A DNA stretch of 62,373 bases, filler included, from Chiloscyllium plagiosum (GCF_004010195.1; 3 parts of one record of this genome joined end to end with filler, not necessarily neighbours in it), one strand, 5' to 3'. Positions 1 through 13,067 are shown, counted from the whole stretch's first letter. The notes: generated by a model not told the origin, from the letters alone. Made by a program: numbers and translations.

Positions 1-320
1 GTTGCATCCATGCCCATCCACGTCCCCACCCTTCACGTTTCATCTCCCTCCACCCACCCCCTCTTCCCGTTCCATACCCCCCTCCTGCCCACTCCCCCTT
101 CCTGTTCCATCCCCGTCCTCCTGTCCGCCTTCCCATTCCATCTGAGCTACATGTCTCCACCTTCCCCTCTCTAACATACCATTGCCGATCCCCCCCTCAA
201 AACACTTCCCCTCTCTCTTTCCAAGCCCTATTTTACCTCTAACCTGCTCCCCCCCCCCCCGCCATCAGTTCCAAGAGTCGCAAAATGGGGGAGGGGGAGA
301 GGACAGTGATGGGGGGAAGG
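1..320. repeat. C-rich/pyrimidine-rich low-complexity tract followed by a G-rich tract
   Basis: Repeated ccatcccc/ccttccc motifs, a long C run near 249-259, and G runs at 287-320. Confidence 0.8.
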
Positions 321-415
321 AATAGATGAATATGAAAATATTAATTAATACTTTAGTACTTGTGTATAGGTCTAATCATTTGTCATTTATTACATTCTAA
401 TATGTTTTGTAACAG

Positions 416-480
416 AGGGACTTTGTTATACAGACTGGTGACCCAACTGGCAGTGGTCGTGGAGGAGAATCCATTTTTTG
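416..480 (+). CDS. PPIL4: PPIL4 coding exon (exon 3 equivalent), cyclophilin domain
   Basis: ttttgtaacAG acceptor, 65 nt, GTtggt donor. Translates RDFVIQTGDPTGSGRGGESIF, matching human PPIL4 RDFIIQTGDPTGTGRGGESIF (from memory). Confidence 0.95.
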
Positions 481-639
481 GTTGGTGCCTTTCAAATATT
501 TTAATTGAGTCAATAGCTGAATCATATTTTGATTCTAACCAGAATCTTGCTAAATGATACCATCAGCATTTCCTTTTGACATCCAATAAAGTTTCAGTAG
601 CTGCATTGAGTGAAGATTACAAGTGGGCTGCAGGTAACA

Positions 640-815
640 TTATTGCTACTGGTTATGGGTTCAAATAAATCCCTGAGTGCATAATCTTGCCAGACACTCC
701 AGTGCAGTAGTAAGGAAGTATACCACTTGTTTGAAGTGTTGTCTCTCAAGTGATGAGTTAATTGCTGTCTGCCTGTGTTGGTGGACAAAAAGGATGCCTT
801 GTTAGTATTGGAAGA
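640..815 (+). mobile_element. Degraded Deu-domain SINE (SacSINE1/AmnSINE1-like), 5' part
   Basis: gggttcaaat...gacactccagtgcagtagtaaggaag...ggtggacaaaaaggatgcc resembles the DeuSINE head and core. Confidence 0.6.
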
Positions 816-1172
816 CCAGCCCTGGTTTCCTGCCCTACACCCATTTGCCAGATAGCTTTGAAACCATGTTATATCGCTTCTTTATCATAATGCCCCAAGA
901 ACTTCACATGGTTGCCAGCACAATGTCATGCTATTAATCTCATTCATGCGACCTGTGATGTGTGCAAATCACTACCACATAACCACACTGACTACACTTG
1001 AACAGTGGACTGCCAACTAATAAGAATTCAAAGTGGGATGTGTGACACAGCGTACAAACAAGAAAGAAAATTCAAAAGATGGCTGGACTGAGGAAAATGT
1101 TAGACTGGGAGTCCTACAATTAGGCAAGGATAAACTGTGGTGCATTTAATTCCACAATTGAACTTGCGATCT

Positions 1173-1755
1173 CCATAAGACCGTAAGACATAGGAGCAGA
1201 AATTAGATCATTCGGCCTATCGAGTGCTCCGCCATTCAATCATGGCTGATAGATTTTTCAACCCTATTTTCCCACTTTCTCCCTCTACCCTTTCATCATC
1301 TTGGCAATCAAGAAGTTACATATTTCTGTTGTAAACATACTCAATAACCTGGCCTCCACAGCCTTCTGTGGCGATAAATGCCACAGATTCACCACTGACT
1401 AAATACATTTCTCCTTGTCTCTGTCTAAAGGGTCTTTCCTTTACTCTAAGGTCATGCCCTTGTGTCCTTGTCTCTCCTGCCAATGGAAACATCTTCCCAA
1501 TGTCCACTCTGTTCAGTATTCTGAAAGTTTCAATCAGATTCCCTCCTCATCCTTCTGAACTCCATTGAGTATAGTCCCAGAGTCCTCAAATATTCCTCAT
1601 ATGCGAAGCCTTTCATTCCTGGGGTCATTCTTGTGAAATTCTTCTGGGCCTGCTCCAGAGTCAATACATCTTTCCTAAGGTATGGAGCCCAAAATTGCTC
1701 AATATTCTAAATGTAGTCTGACCAGAGTCTTTTCAAGCCTCAGAAGTACATCCAG
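1173..1755 (-). mobile_element. CR1 LINE 3' fragment
   Basis: (cataagac)n tail. Minus-strand ORF MFPLAGETRTQGHDLRVKERPFR is the CR1 ORF2 C-terminus. Confidence 0.85.
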
Positions 1756-2089
1756 GAAATTGTAAACAAAACACCTTCTGCCATTCTTTAAAGTTTTGTA
1801 ATTTATATTCTCATCATTCAGTTTCATTTCTCGACAAAAAGGTTGGTAGACAATAGTTATGGAGCAACAAATTAAGAGGATCTATTAAATACTAAAGCAA
1901 TAGTAATAACCTAGGCAATGATTTACAAGTTACACATGGCCTTTACTATCCAGAGCTGCTTGGACACAGATGGTAATTCTAGTAGAAAAACAAAGTATTG
2001 CAGGTGCTGGATTCCAAAAATAAAAAAAGTGGAAGAATGGAGGACAGGAAAAAAATTGTGGCTGGAAGAGCTGTTCCTTTTCTGACCTA

Positions 2090-5000
2090 TTCTGAGTTGG
2101 AGCTGATTTCCTCACATCCTAGGAGCATTAGTTACTGGTTTATAAGCTGTTGCATTGTTTTGGAACTTGGTGGGGGAGAAAAGTCAAAACAATGGCACTT
2201 TAAAAAAGGATGAAGGCAAACAAAGATAGTGACCACATGGAAAGTGATTTAAATGGGGAAAGAAACCTGCACTACTGTCTGACCCGGCAGTGAATCTGCA
2301 CAGCTACTGCCTCTGCTGTTAGATTTTCAAATATCTCTGGACGTCAGAGTCTGTCTAAGAAAAATTACCAAACAGCAAAGTTCACAGCTGACCTTGGAGA
2401 AATCAGAGAGAGCTCACAGCAGAGGAGCAGCTATGTGTCTTTTTAAATTGTAACATTACTGTTCATTTTGTAAAGCTACAGTAGTGAGCATTGTGGATTT
2501 TTTTTTACGATATGCTTTATTGAGATGTGTCTCTTGATTAAACTTTAAAAATATAAAACATAGGTATTAGCCTTGAGCAGTTTTTTTTCTTAAGCAATAA
2601 GACTGTGCTATTTTCTGGATCTGTTGATTGTTAAGGTGCAAAGCTGACTTCAGTAGAGTGATGTGTTCTTCGAGTCAGATGTGGGAGATCAGGGAGAGAT
2701 TCCATGTTACTGATGATTATGTCTGCAGGAAGTATGTTTAGATGTAAATCCTATCTGATAGTATGGATCGGTTGGAGCAGCTGTTAGAGGCAATGAGGAA
2801 TTTACAGGAGTTGGAATTTAATGGGTGGCAGTTGTCAGAAGGGAGAAAAACAGTAGATACAGTCAGGAGATACAGTCAGGTAGATGGGTTACCTCCAGGA
2901 AAGGAAGGAGAGGGAAGTAGATCTTGTGGCTATCCCCATCTCAAATAAGTGTGCTGTTTTGGAAAATGTAGGGGTGATGGACTCTTGGGAATGTAGCACA
3001 GACAACCAGGTTTCTGGTACCAAGACACACACTAATGTCATGAGGGGTACATCCAGTTCCAAGCGATCGATTATGATAGGGGACTCTCCAGTCAGAGACA
3101 GACGTTTTTGTGGTTGACAGCGAGAATCCAGAATAGTGTGTGGCCTCTCTGGTGCCAGAATCAGGTATATCTTCGATAGGGTGCAGAATATTCTCAAAGA
3201 GGAGAGGGACCAGCAGAAGGTCATTGTACATATTGGAACTAATGACATAGGAAAAGAAAAGGATGAGATCCTGAGGACAGAATATAGGAAGTTAGGCAGG
3301 AATTTAAAGAGGAGGTTCCTCGAGGATAGTAATATCTGGATTACTCCTGGTATTATGAGCTAGTGAGGATAGGAATCGGAAGAGAGAGCAGATGAATGGA
3401 TGGCTGAGGAACTGGTGCAGGGAAAAAGGATTCACATTTTTGTATCATTGGAATCTCTTCTGGGGTAGATGTGACCTGTTTAAGAAGGACAGACTGGACC
3501 CGAATTGGAAGGGGACTAATACCCTGGCAGGCAGATTTGCTAGCACTGTTTGGGAGGATTTAACCTGGTAAGGTTGGAGGACTCTGAGATAGTGAAAAAA
3601 GAGATCATTCTGAGATTGATAGAGTTGGGAAAAGGAGCTAGTCAAACAGGCAGGGACAAAGCAGAGAACAAGGTAGGACTGATAAATTGAACTGCATTAA
3701 TTTCAATACAAGAGGCCTCACAGGGAAGGCAGATGAACACAGGGCATAGTTGGGAACATGGGACTGGATATCATAGCAATTATAGTGATGTGGCAGCTTA
3801 ATGTTCCAGCGTATAGATTCTATAGGAGGAGAGAAAGTGGGGCAAAAGAGGAGGGGAGTAGTGTTTTTGATAAAGGATAATGTTATGGCTGTATTTAGTG
3901 AAGATACCTTCAGGGAAGTTATTTGGATGGCACTGAGAAATAAGAAAAGGATGATCACCTTATTGGGATTGTACTGTAGACCCCCAATAGTCAGCAGGAA
4001 ATTGAGAAACAAATTTGTAAGGAGATCTCAGTTATCTGTAAGAATAACAGGATGATTGTGATAGGGGATTTTAACTTTCCAAACATAGACGGGGACTGCC
4101 ATTGTGGCCATCGCTTGCATGTGGAGGAATTTGTTAAATGTCTACAAGACAATTTTCTGATTCAGTTTGTGGATGTACCTTTTAGAGAAGGTGCAAAACT
4201 TGACCTACTCTTGGGGAAATAAGGCAGGGCAGGTGATTGAGATGTCAGTGTGGAAGCACTTTGGGCCCAGCGACCATAATTCTATTAGTTTTAAAATAGT
4301 GATGAGAAAGGGATAGACCAGATCTAAATGTAAAAGTTCTAAATTGGAGGAAGGCCAATTTTGACAGTATTAGGCAAGAACTTTCAAAAGTTGACTGGGG
4401 GTGGATGTTTGCAGGTAAAGGATGGCTGGAAAATGGGAAGCCTTCAGAAATGAGATAACGAGTCCAGAGACAGTATATTCTTGTTAGGGTGAAGGGAAAG
4501 GTTGATAGATGTAGTGAATGCTGGTTCACCAGAGAAATTGAGGTTTTGGTCAAGCAAAAGAAGGAAGCATGTGTCAGGTATAAATAGCATAATCGAATGA
4601 ATCCCTAGAGGAGTGTAAAGGCAATAGGAGAATATACAGAGGAAAATCAGAAGGGCAAAAATGTCAAGTGAGATAGCTTTGACAAATGAGTTTAAGGAGA
4701 ATTCAGAGGGATTCCACAAATATATTAAAGACAAAAGGGTAACAAGGGAAAGAATGGGGACTCTTAAAAATCAGCAAGTTACCTATATGTGGAACTGCAG
4801 GATATGGAGGAGATACTAAATTAGTATTTTACATCATTGTTTACTGTGGAGAAGGATATAGAAGAAATAGCACTTGGGGAAATAAATTGCGATATATTGA
4901 AAAATGGCCATATTACAGAGGAGGAGGTGCTGCACAGATTAAAATGAATAAATATGTATAAATCCCTGGGACCTGATCAGGTGTACCCTCTAAGTCTGTG

Positions 5001-6835
5001 AGAAGCTAAGGAAGTTATTGTTGAGCCCCTTGCTGAGATATTTGTATGATTGATAGCCACAGATGAGATGCCAGATGACTTGAGGTTAGCTAATGTGGTG
5101 CTACTATTTACCAAAGGTGGTAAGGAAAAGCCAGGGAACTATAGACCAGCGAGCCTGACATTGGTATTGGGCAAATTGTTGGAAAGAGTCCTGAGGGATA
5201 GGACTTACAAGTATTTGGAAAGACAAGGACTGATTCTTGAGAGTCAACATGGCTTTGTGCAAGGGACATTGTGTCTCACTAAGTTGATTGAGTTTTTTGA
5301 AGAAGTAATGAAGAGGACTGATGAGGGCAGAGCTGTGGATCTGTGGACTTGAGTAAAGTGATCGACAAGTTTCCTCATGGTAGACTGGTTAACAAGATTA
5401 GATCCCATGGAATACAGGGAGAATGAGCTATTTGGATACAGAACTGGCTCAAAAATAGAAGACAGTGATGTGGTATAGGGTTGCTTTTCAGACTGGAGGC
5501 AAGTGACCAGCAGTGTGCCACAAGCATCAGTGCAGGGTCCACTGCTTTTTGTTATTTATACGAATGATTTGGATGTGAACGTAAGAAGTATGGTTAGTAA
5601 GTTTGCAGATTACACCAAAATTGGAGGTATAGTGGACATCAAATAAGGTTACCTCAGATTACAATAGGAACTTGATCTGATGGGCCAATGGGCTGAGGAG
5701 TGGCAGAATGGAGTTTAATTTAGATCAACACGAGGTGCTGCATTTTGGGAAGGTAAATCAGGACAGGACTTATACACGTAATGGTAAGATTCTGGGGTGT
5801 GTTGCTAAACAAAGAGACCTTGAAGTGCAGGTTCATAGTTTCTTGAAAGTGGAGTCTAAGGTAGATAGGATAGTGAAGGTGGTGTTTGGTATGCTTTCCT
5901 TTATTGGACAGAGCATTGAGTAAAGGAGTTGGGAGATCATGTTGCAGTTATATAGGGCATTGGTTAGGCCACTATTGTAATATTGTGCAATTCTGGTCTC
6001 CCTGCGATAGGAAGGATGTTATGGAACTTTGGAAGGGTAGAGAATTGCCTGGACAGAGTAGATGTTGAGAAGATGTTTCCATTGGTAGGAGAGACAAGGA
6101 CTCGAAGGCACAGTCTTAGAGTAAAAGGAAGACCTTTTAGAACGGAGATAAGAAGAAATTTCTTCAGCTAGAGTGATTAATCTGTGGAATTCATTGCCAC
6201 AGAAGGTCATGGAGGCCAGGTCATTGAGTATATTTAAGATTGAGATAGATAGGTTCTTGAGTATCAAGGGTTACAGGGAGAAAGCTAGAGAATGATGTTG
6301 AGAAACTTACCAGCCATTGTTGAATGTAGGAGCTGACTCGAAGGGCTGAATGGCCTAACTTCTGCTCTTTATGTCTTATGGTCTAAAAGATTTAGAAGCA
6401 TGTTCCCAGGGCTGAATAGGCTCGGGCTGTTTTCCCTGGAGTGTTGAAGACTGAGGGGTGACCTCATAGAGGTTTGTAACATCATGAGCGGCATGGATAG
6501 AGTAAGTAGACAGGGTCTTTTCCCCCGGGTGGAGGAATTCAAAGCTAAAGGGCATAGATTTTAGGTGAGAGGGGAAAGATTTAAAAACAAATTTTAAAAT
6601 TTAGAAATGGGAAACCTTTTCACGCAGAGGGTGGTGCGTGTATGGAATGAGCTGCCAGAAGAAGTGGAGGCTGGTACAATGACACCATTTAAAAGATACC
6701 TGGATGGCTATAAGGGTTAGAGGGATGTAGGACAAATGCTGGCAAATGCGACGAGATTAATGTAGGATATCTGGTTGACGTGGATGAGTTGGACTAAAGG
6801 GTCTATTTCCATGTTTCCGTCACTATGACTGTATA
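2090..6835 (+). mobile_element. Near full-length decayed CR1 LINE (5'UTR, ORF1 esterase, APE endonuclease, RT, 3' tail)
   Basis: ORF1 SGNH motifs IMIGDS and VHIGTNDIG. EN motifs GLYCRPP and GDFNFP. RT motifs PGNYRPASLT and QHGFV. Ends in a ctatgact tail. Many stops and frameshifts. Confidence 0.9.
6048..6384 (+). mobile_element. CR1 3' tail of a second family nested in the large CR1
   Basis: Ends in gtcttatggtct, same family as 1173-1755. The host ORF2 resumes at aaaagattta. Confidence 0.75.
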
Positions 6836-6849
6836 ACTCAGCAGATCAG

Positions 6850-6971
6850 GAAGGGCTTATGCCCGAAACGTCGATTCTCCTGTTCCCTGGATGCTGCCTG
6901 ACCTGCTGCGCTTTTCCAGCAACACATTTTCAGCTCTGATCTCCAGCATCTGCAGACCTCACTTTCTCCCC
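6850..6971 (+). mobile_element. Short Penelope terminal-repeat insert (family A) with partial hammerhead
   Basis: Perfect 15-bp TSD aactcagcagatcag at 6835-6849 and 6972-6986. Begins GAAGGGCTTATGCCCGAAACGTC. Confidence 0.85.
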
Positions 6972-7673
6972 AACTCAGCAGATCAGACAACATTGTGGAG
7001 AAAAACAAATTATCTTTTCAGGGCAAAGACCATTCACTAGAACAGGTTTATTGATAGATTTATTAAAGAGTGCCAAGCAGCTTTCAAGAAAATGAAGGCA
7101 ATCCTAATAACTGGTATTCACTACCTTGACTTCATTAAACCCTTTAAAGTGAAGATTGATGTTGGTGACTTCTGGGGGTGGCAAGATGCTGTTTCAGACA
7201 TAGAGAAATTATGCATGATCAAGAATGCACCAAAACTCATTTTCAATTTACCCTACTTTTTTTTAAACTCCATTTGCCTCACCAGTTATCATAATTTACC
7301 CTTTTACAAAGGATCTCTTTGCACCCAGTGAATGTTGTGTCAGATCTGAGGGCCACACATATAGCTGAGACTTAAGGCTGAACATTGAGTGCTTGTATTT
7401 ACATAGCGCTTGGATTATGTTTGTTATGCTGAGCAAATGATACCTTGTTTGGATGAAGTCATCATAACACTTGGGGATATTAGCTTCAGGGTCTTAGTTG
7501 GCTGGTTGTGCTAACTTGCCTAATTCCAGACCAGCTGGTTGAACTTCATTTAAAGATTTACTGAATTATCCCCACTTTTAAAGAAAGTTTGGATACATTA
7601 ATATTTGCTTGTGGTGTTTCATTGACCTAGATGATGAACTTTGGACTTTGCTTAGCTATGGCTCAGGTCACAT

Positions 7674-7854
7674 GAAGGAAATGTACGTGGAGTTTGCAAA
7701 TTGTTCTGTCTCTTTAAATTGACTGAGACTTTCTGTTTATAGAAATAGCTACAACTCTTGCTCTAAGAAGGAAATATACCTGGAGCTTGCAAACTCTTCT
7801 GTCTCTTTAAGTTCACTTAGACTTGTGTTTATTAGAATAGCTACAACTTTTGCT
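7674..7854. repeat. Diverged tandem duplication, period about 93 bp
   Basis: gaaggaaat..tggag..tgcaaa..ttctgtctctttaa..atagctacaact occurs at 7674-7762 and 7767-7854. Confidence 0.8.
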
Positions 7855-8017
7855 GATCCAAAATTATTACATTGGAGTAAGTCAATCCTGGCTACAGGTA
7901 ATTCTGAATAGCCCCAATGTCATTGGTTTGGACATTAAATTACACACTAAATGGACTATACAAAGGAACAGATATCTACTCTCCACTAATGCCATTTGTA
8001 AACATGTTTCTGGCTCC

Positions 8018-8200
8018 TGTGTGGAGTTTGCACACACTCTCTATGTCTGCGTGGGTTTACTCTCTCCAAAGATTCGCCATGCTAAATTTCCCATAGCATC
8101 CAGGGATGTGCAAGTTAGATGAATGAGACAGGAAGTGTAGAGATTACAGGAATCAGGTGGGCTTAATGGCCTGCTTCCACAGTGTAGGAATTCTATGAAT
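8018..8200 (+). mobile_element. Truncated HE1/V-SINE
   Basis: ctgtgtggagtttgcacac...gtctgcgtgggttt V-domain, with an attctatga tail. Confidence 0.7.
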
Positions 8201-9126
8201 AGAAGAGTTTGAGTGTCATCTGTATCCTTGATATAGTTATAGATTTTGCCATATCATTTGTGGAATGAGGGATGTTTTTCTCATCTGTTATATATCTCTC
8301 ATCTACCTTATTTAGCTCTCGTTTTTCACCTTCTGTCCCACAGTTGTAGTTAAAGATACAATTTGATCTATTCTGTTTTCATTCTTGGCTCCTTTTCTTG
8401 AATCACATTTGGGAACCTTAAAAGTCCCATGGGTTTCCCATCCAGCTTTCTGAACAAGAGTGTACTACATTGTACTAACCTGACAAATCAGAAGGGCAAG
8501 GGTAGCATGAAAGACAGATTTATATAACATGCTTGCAGTTGGATTGTGGGAAGTTTCTAGATGATTAGATAACCATTAATATGATGCCCATGTGTAAGAA
8601 GGAAGGGAGATAGAAAGCAGTTAGCCTAACATCTGTCATTGGGAAAATACCACAATTCATTACTAATGCTAGACTAGCAGGGTATTTTAAAAAGTGGAAC
8701 ACAATCAAATAGCCAACATTGTTTTATGAAAGGGTAATCATGTTTGACAAATTTACTGGAGTTCTTTTGTAATATAACAAGCAGAGTTAATAAAGGGGAA
8801 TTGGTAGATACAATGTATTTGGATTTCCAGAAGGCATTTGAAAACACTCCATAAAAAAGGTTATTGCAGAAGATGAGCTCACTGTTTGTCAACATAGATT
8901 GAGGATTTGTCAACAAAAGAAGTCAGAATTGGGATTAATAGGCCTTTTTCAAGATCGAAAGACTAGTGAAATGCCACAAGGATCAATATTAATGATTTGG
9001 AGGTGGGGCAGGGTGTATTGTATCCAAATAGGCTGATTACACAAAAAGAGGTGGGCGGGCATGTTGAGGTGGGGACGGAAGGAATCTGAAAGGGAATACG
9101 GATAGCTTGACTTAGTGGGCAAAAGG

Positions 9127-9326
9127 TAAAAACAAAGGCTGCAGATGCTGGAAACCAGATTCTGGATTCGTGGTGCTGGAAGAGCACAGCAGTTCAGGCA
9201 GCATCCAAGGAGCAGTGAAATCGATGTTTCGGGCAAAAGCCCTTCATCAGGAATAAAGGCAGAGAGCCTGAAGCATGGAGAAATAAGCTAGAGGAGGGGG
9301 GGGGGGGGGAGGGGGTGGGGAGAGAG
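9127..9326 (-). mobile_element. Penelope-like element 3' terminal repeat with hammerhead motif
   Basis: Minus strand at 9220-9254 reads attcCTGATGAaGGGCttttGCCCGAAACATC. Same terminal sequence as the other family A copies. Confidence 0.85.
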
Positions 9327-9945
9327 TGGCTTTGTGAGGGGCAGGTCACGCCTCACAAATCTTATTGAGTTCTTTGAGGAGGTATCAAGACAAGTCGACG
9401 ATGGTCGAGCAGTAGAGGTGGTACATATATGGACTTCAGCAAGGTATTTGAAAGGGCTCCCTGTGGTAGGCTCATTCATAAAGTCAGGAAGTATGGGATA
9501 CAGGGAGATTTAGCTATCTGGATTCAAAATTGGCTGGCTGACAGAAGGCAGAGAGTGGTTGTGGATGGAAAGAATTCTGCCTGGAGGTCAGTGTTGAGTG
9601 GGGTCCCACAGGGCTCTGTTCTTGGGCCTCTGCTCTTTGTAGTTTTTATAAATGACTTGGATGAGGAGGTTGAGGGGTGGATTAGTAAATTTGCAGTTGA
9701 CACAAAGGTTGGAGGTGTCGTTGATAGTATAGAGGGCCACTGCAGACTGCAGCGTGACATAGACAGGATGCGGAGCTGGCTGAGAAATGGCAGATGGAGT
9801 TCATCCTGGATAAATGCAAAGTGATGCATTTTGGAATGTTGAACTCAAATGCTGAATATAGGAATAAAGACAGGATTATTGGCAGTGTGGAGGAAGAGAG
9901 GGATCTGGGTGTGCAAGTTCATAGATCCCTCAAAGTTGCCACCCA
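9327..9945 (+). mobile_element. Internal CR1 RT fragment lacking a 3' tail
   Basis: ORF 9429-9824 contains [18 protein letters not shown] and KFAVDTK (FADD-like). Confidence 0.9.
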
Positions 9946-11190
9946 CCTCCTGGGAGCAGATGCGGCGGAGGCGGAGGAATTGGGAATATGGAATGGCATT
10001 TTTGCAAGAGGTAGGGTGAGAAGAGGTGTAATCCAGGTAGCTGTGGGAATCAGTGGGTTTGTAAAAAATGTCAGTGTCAAGTCGGTCATCGTTAATGGAG
10101 ATGGAGAGGTACAGGAAGGGGAAGAAGGTGTCAGAGGTGGTCCAGGTAAATTTAAGGTCAGGGTGGAATGTGTTGGTAAAATTGATGAATTGCTCAACCT
10201 CCTTGCAGGAGCACGATGTGGCGCCAATGTAGTCATCAATGTAGCGGAGGAAGAGGTAGGGAGTGGGACCGGTGTAATTACGGAAGATCAACTGTTCTAC
10301 GTAGCCAACAAAAAGACAGGCATAGCTGGGGCCCATACGTGTGCCCATGGCTACCCCTTTGGTCTGGAGGAAGTAGGAGGTTTCGAAGAAGAAATTGTTA
10401 AGGGTGAGGACCAGTTTGGCCAAACGAATGAGAATGTCGGTGGAAGGGTACTGTTGGGGACGTCCGGAGAGGAAAGCACGGAGGGCTTGGAGGTCCTGGT
10501 CATGGCGGATGGAGGTGTAGAGGGATTGGATATCCATTGTGAAGATGAGGCGTTGGGGACCAGGGAAACGGAAGTCTTGGAGGAGGTGGAGGGCGTGGGT
10601 GGTGTCTCGAACGTATGTGGGGAGTTCCTCGACTGGGGGGGGATAGGACAGTGTCGACGTAGGTAGAGATGAGTTCAGTGGGGCAGGAGCATGCTGAGAT
10701 AATGGGTCGGCCAGGGTGGTCAGGCTTGTGTTTCTTGGGAAGGAGGTAGAACCGGGCAGTGCGGGGTTCCCGGACTATGAGGTTGGAAGCTGTGGGTGGG
10801 AGAACCCCTGAGGTGATGAGGTTCTATATGGTCTGGGAGATGATGGTATGGGGATGGGGTCATGGTTGAGGGGGCAATAGGAAGAGGTGTCCTCGAGTTG
10901 GCGTTTGGCTTCAGCGGTGTAGAGGTCAGTGCGCCAGACTACCACTGCGCCCCCTTTAATCTGCTGGCTTGATGGTGAGGTTCGGATTGGAACAGAGGGA
11001 TTGCAGGGCTGCGCGTTGTGAGGGTGAGAGGTTGGAGTGGGGGAGGGGGGTAGACAGGTTGAGGCGGTTAATGTCCCGGCGGCAGTTGGAAATGAAGAGG
11101 TCGAGGGCAGGTAATAGGCCAGTGCGGGGTGTCCAGGTGGATGCAGTGTGTTGGAGGTGGGCGAAGGGGTCCTCGGAAGGTGGGCAGGAA
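9946..11190 (-). mobile_element. Penelope-like retroelement reverse transcriptase fragment
   Basis: ORF 9845-10537(-) has MDIQSLYTSI, QTKGVAMGTRMGPSYACLFVG, LRYIDD and YKPTDSHSYLDYTSSHP..CKNAIPYSQFLRLRRICS. KGGAVVVW lies upstream. These are PLE RT hallmarks. Confidence 0.92.
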
Positions 11191-11841
11191 TCAGATGGTG
11201 TTTAATGCAGGAAAGTGAGAAGGAAGATTCTACTTGCAGGCGCAACAAGTAATTAAGACAAATTGCATTTTGGCCTTTATTGCGAGGGGATGGAGTTTAA
11301 TGGAAATTAAGTCTTGTCACAATTCTACGGGTTGTTGGTGAAGTAAACCTAAAGTGTTCTGTACTGTTTTAGTCCCTGTGTTTATGAAAGACTATACTGG
11401 CATTAGAGGCATTTACTCCTAATACCCATATCCATCCATCAAAATGTATTTGCTTTACCATTTCAAATTCAGTGCTGGTCTCTCCAACTATTTCCTTCTG
11501 TTTCAAAATGTTTGCCTGTACATGTCAGGAACTAAGTTGTATACATAAAGAATAGTCATTTTTATTGCATCATAATCCATATAAATTTCTTCTTCGAATG
11601 ATGCATACACCTCATGAGTTCTATCTGTCCATCTGCATGAGCAGTGTTGAGTCTTCCATTGGTCACTTTATCTATTTTGGTACTTTTCTAAATGAATAAA
11701 GAGTGTCACCCCCTTTTCAAATTTTAGTTAAAAATCTCCTTTCTGGACTTTAGGTTAAGCTCAGGTTTTTCACCATCAGAATAATCTTCTTCTGAGATAT
11801 TTTTAAACTGTCGCCTTGAAAGCTAGTATTACCTTTACCTC

Positions 11842-12730
11842 TCATAGAAACATAGAAAATTGGAGAGGAGAGGGCCATTCAGGTCATCAAGCCAGCTTCG
11901 CCATTTGACATGATCTTGGTTGATCTCTATCTTGTTGCAATACTGTCAAACTCTCTCGATATCCCTTGACTATTTTAGACTCTCGAAATCTGCTTCCACA
12001 ACCTCTTAGTCTAAAATGGCCTACCATGTATCCTATTGCCTTGTTCTCGACCCCCAGCCAGGCAAATTATCACTCCTGCATCCTGTTGAGTCCTGTGACA
12101 ATTTTATATGTTCAGTGGGATATCCTCTAATTCAGAGGTGGGGAACCTTTTCATGTTGGAAGGCCGCATTATGTTTGTTGTAGCCACATCAAAGAAACTT
12201 CAATTATATATTCTTCAAAATTCACATTTTTTTAAATTGTGGCAGTCAGTCTGTGAGGATTATTTCATTGAATTTTCTTTTACTCTCTGGTATTTTAAAT
12301 ACATTCATTTTAAGATTAAAATAAAAATAATAAAGGACGAAGAAAAACATATTCATAAAAGATTTGTTCTGCAAAATTTGGATTCATTCTAAAGGCCACA
12401 CACAATGGCCTAGAAGGCTTCATGCGGCCTTAAGGCTGCAGGTTCCTGACCTCTGCTCTAATTCTTTTAAGCTCCAGTGAATGCAGACCCAGTTGACCCA
12501 ATTTTGCCAAATCTGTCAACCTAGGAATTGAGCTTATGAAACTTTGTTGCACTTCCTTCAATAGCAACTATATATTTTCGCAGGTAAAGAAACCAAAACC
12601 GCATACTGTACTTCAGGTATGGTCTCATCAAGGCCCTGTACTCAAACTGTATTGCCTTCATATTGTGTGCTGCACCTATATGCTTGCTTTCAGTGACCAG
12701 TGTGCATGGACACCTAGGTCACTACCGAAG
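11842..12730 (-). mobile_element. Old CR1 3' fragment, host of the hAT MITE
   Basis: (catagaaa)n tail followed by degraded ORF2 C-terminal sequence. Confidence 0.65.
12133..12455. mobile_element. Non-autonomous hAT (Charlie-like) DNA transposon/MITE, 323 bp
   Basis: TIRs CAGAGGTGGGGAACCT and AGGTTCCTGACCTCTG. Perfect 8-bp TSD ctctaatt at 12125-12132 and 12456-12463. Confidence 0.9.
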
Positions 12731-13067
12731 TTAACAACTTCATTCTTATCAACTTAGATCTCCTTTTCTCTTTCCTAAAACAAACTTTGCTCAGGTTCTA
12801 AAATTTCCATCGACATTTTTCATACTGCCTCATTTCTCTTTCAAGTTCAACCTGCTTTAACTAGTTTTGAATTCTCATTAAGTTGGTTAATTCATGCCTT
12901 GGTGTCCCTGGTTCCTTTTATTTTTCAAATGCATTCGTAGCTTTTACGGAAAAGTCCAGTTTTAATTCCTTTGCCCATTCTATTATCCTATGAACCAGGC
13001 AAGGATACCTCTTCCATCTGTAGAAGAGTTGTAGCCACTTCCAGTAATATTTTGGTTTTTATAATAT

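Larger units (their letters stand above)
8590..11410 (+). mobile_element. Old CR1 RT fragment split by the Penelope insertion at about 9127-11190
   Basis: RT motif YLDFQKAF near 8815. Host ...cttagtgggcaaaa(9124) resumes at cagatggtgtttaatgcagg (about 11192). Confidence 0.7.

Noticed and set aside
9794..10666. Longest ORF in the window (290 aa, + strand)
   Set aside because: It is a CR1 stub fused to the antisense shadow of the Penelope RT. It is G/E/V-rich with no domain, so not a gene.
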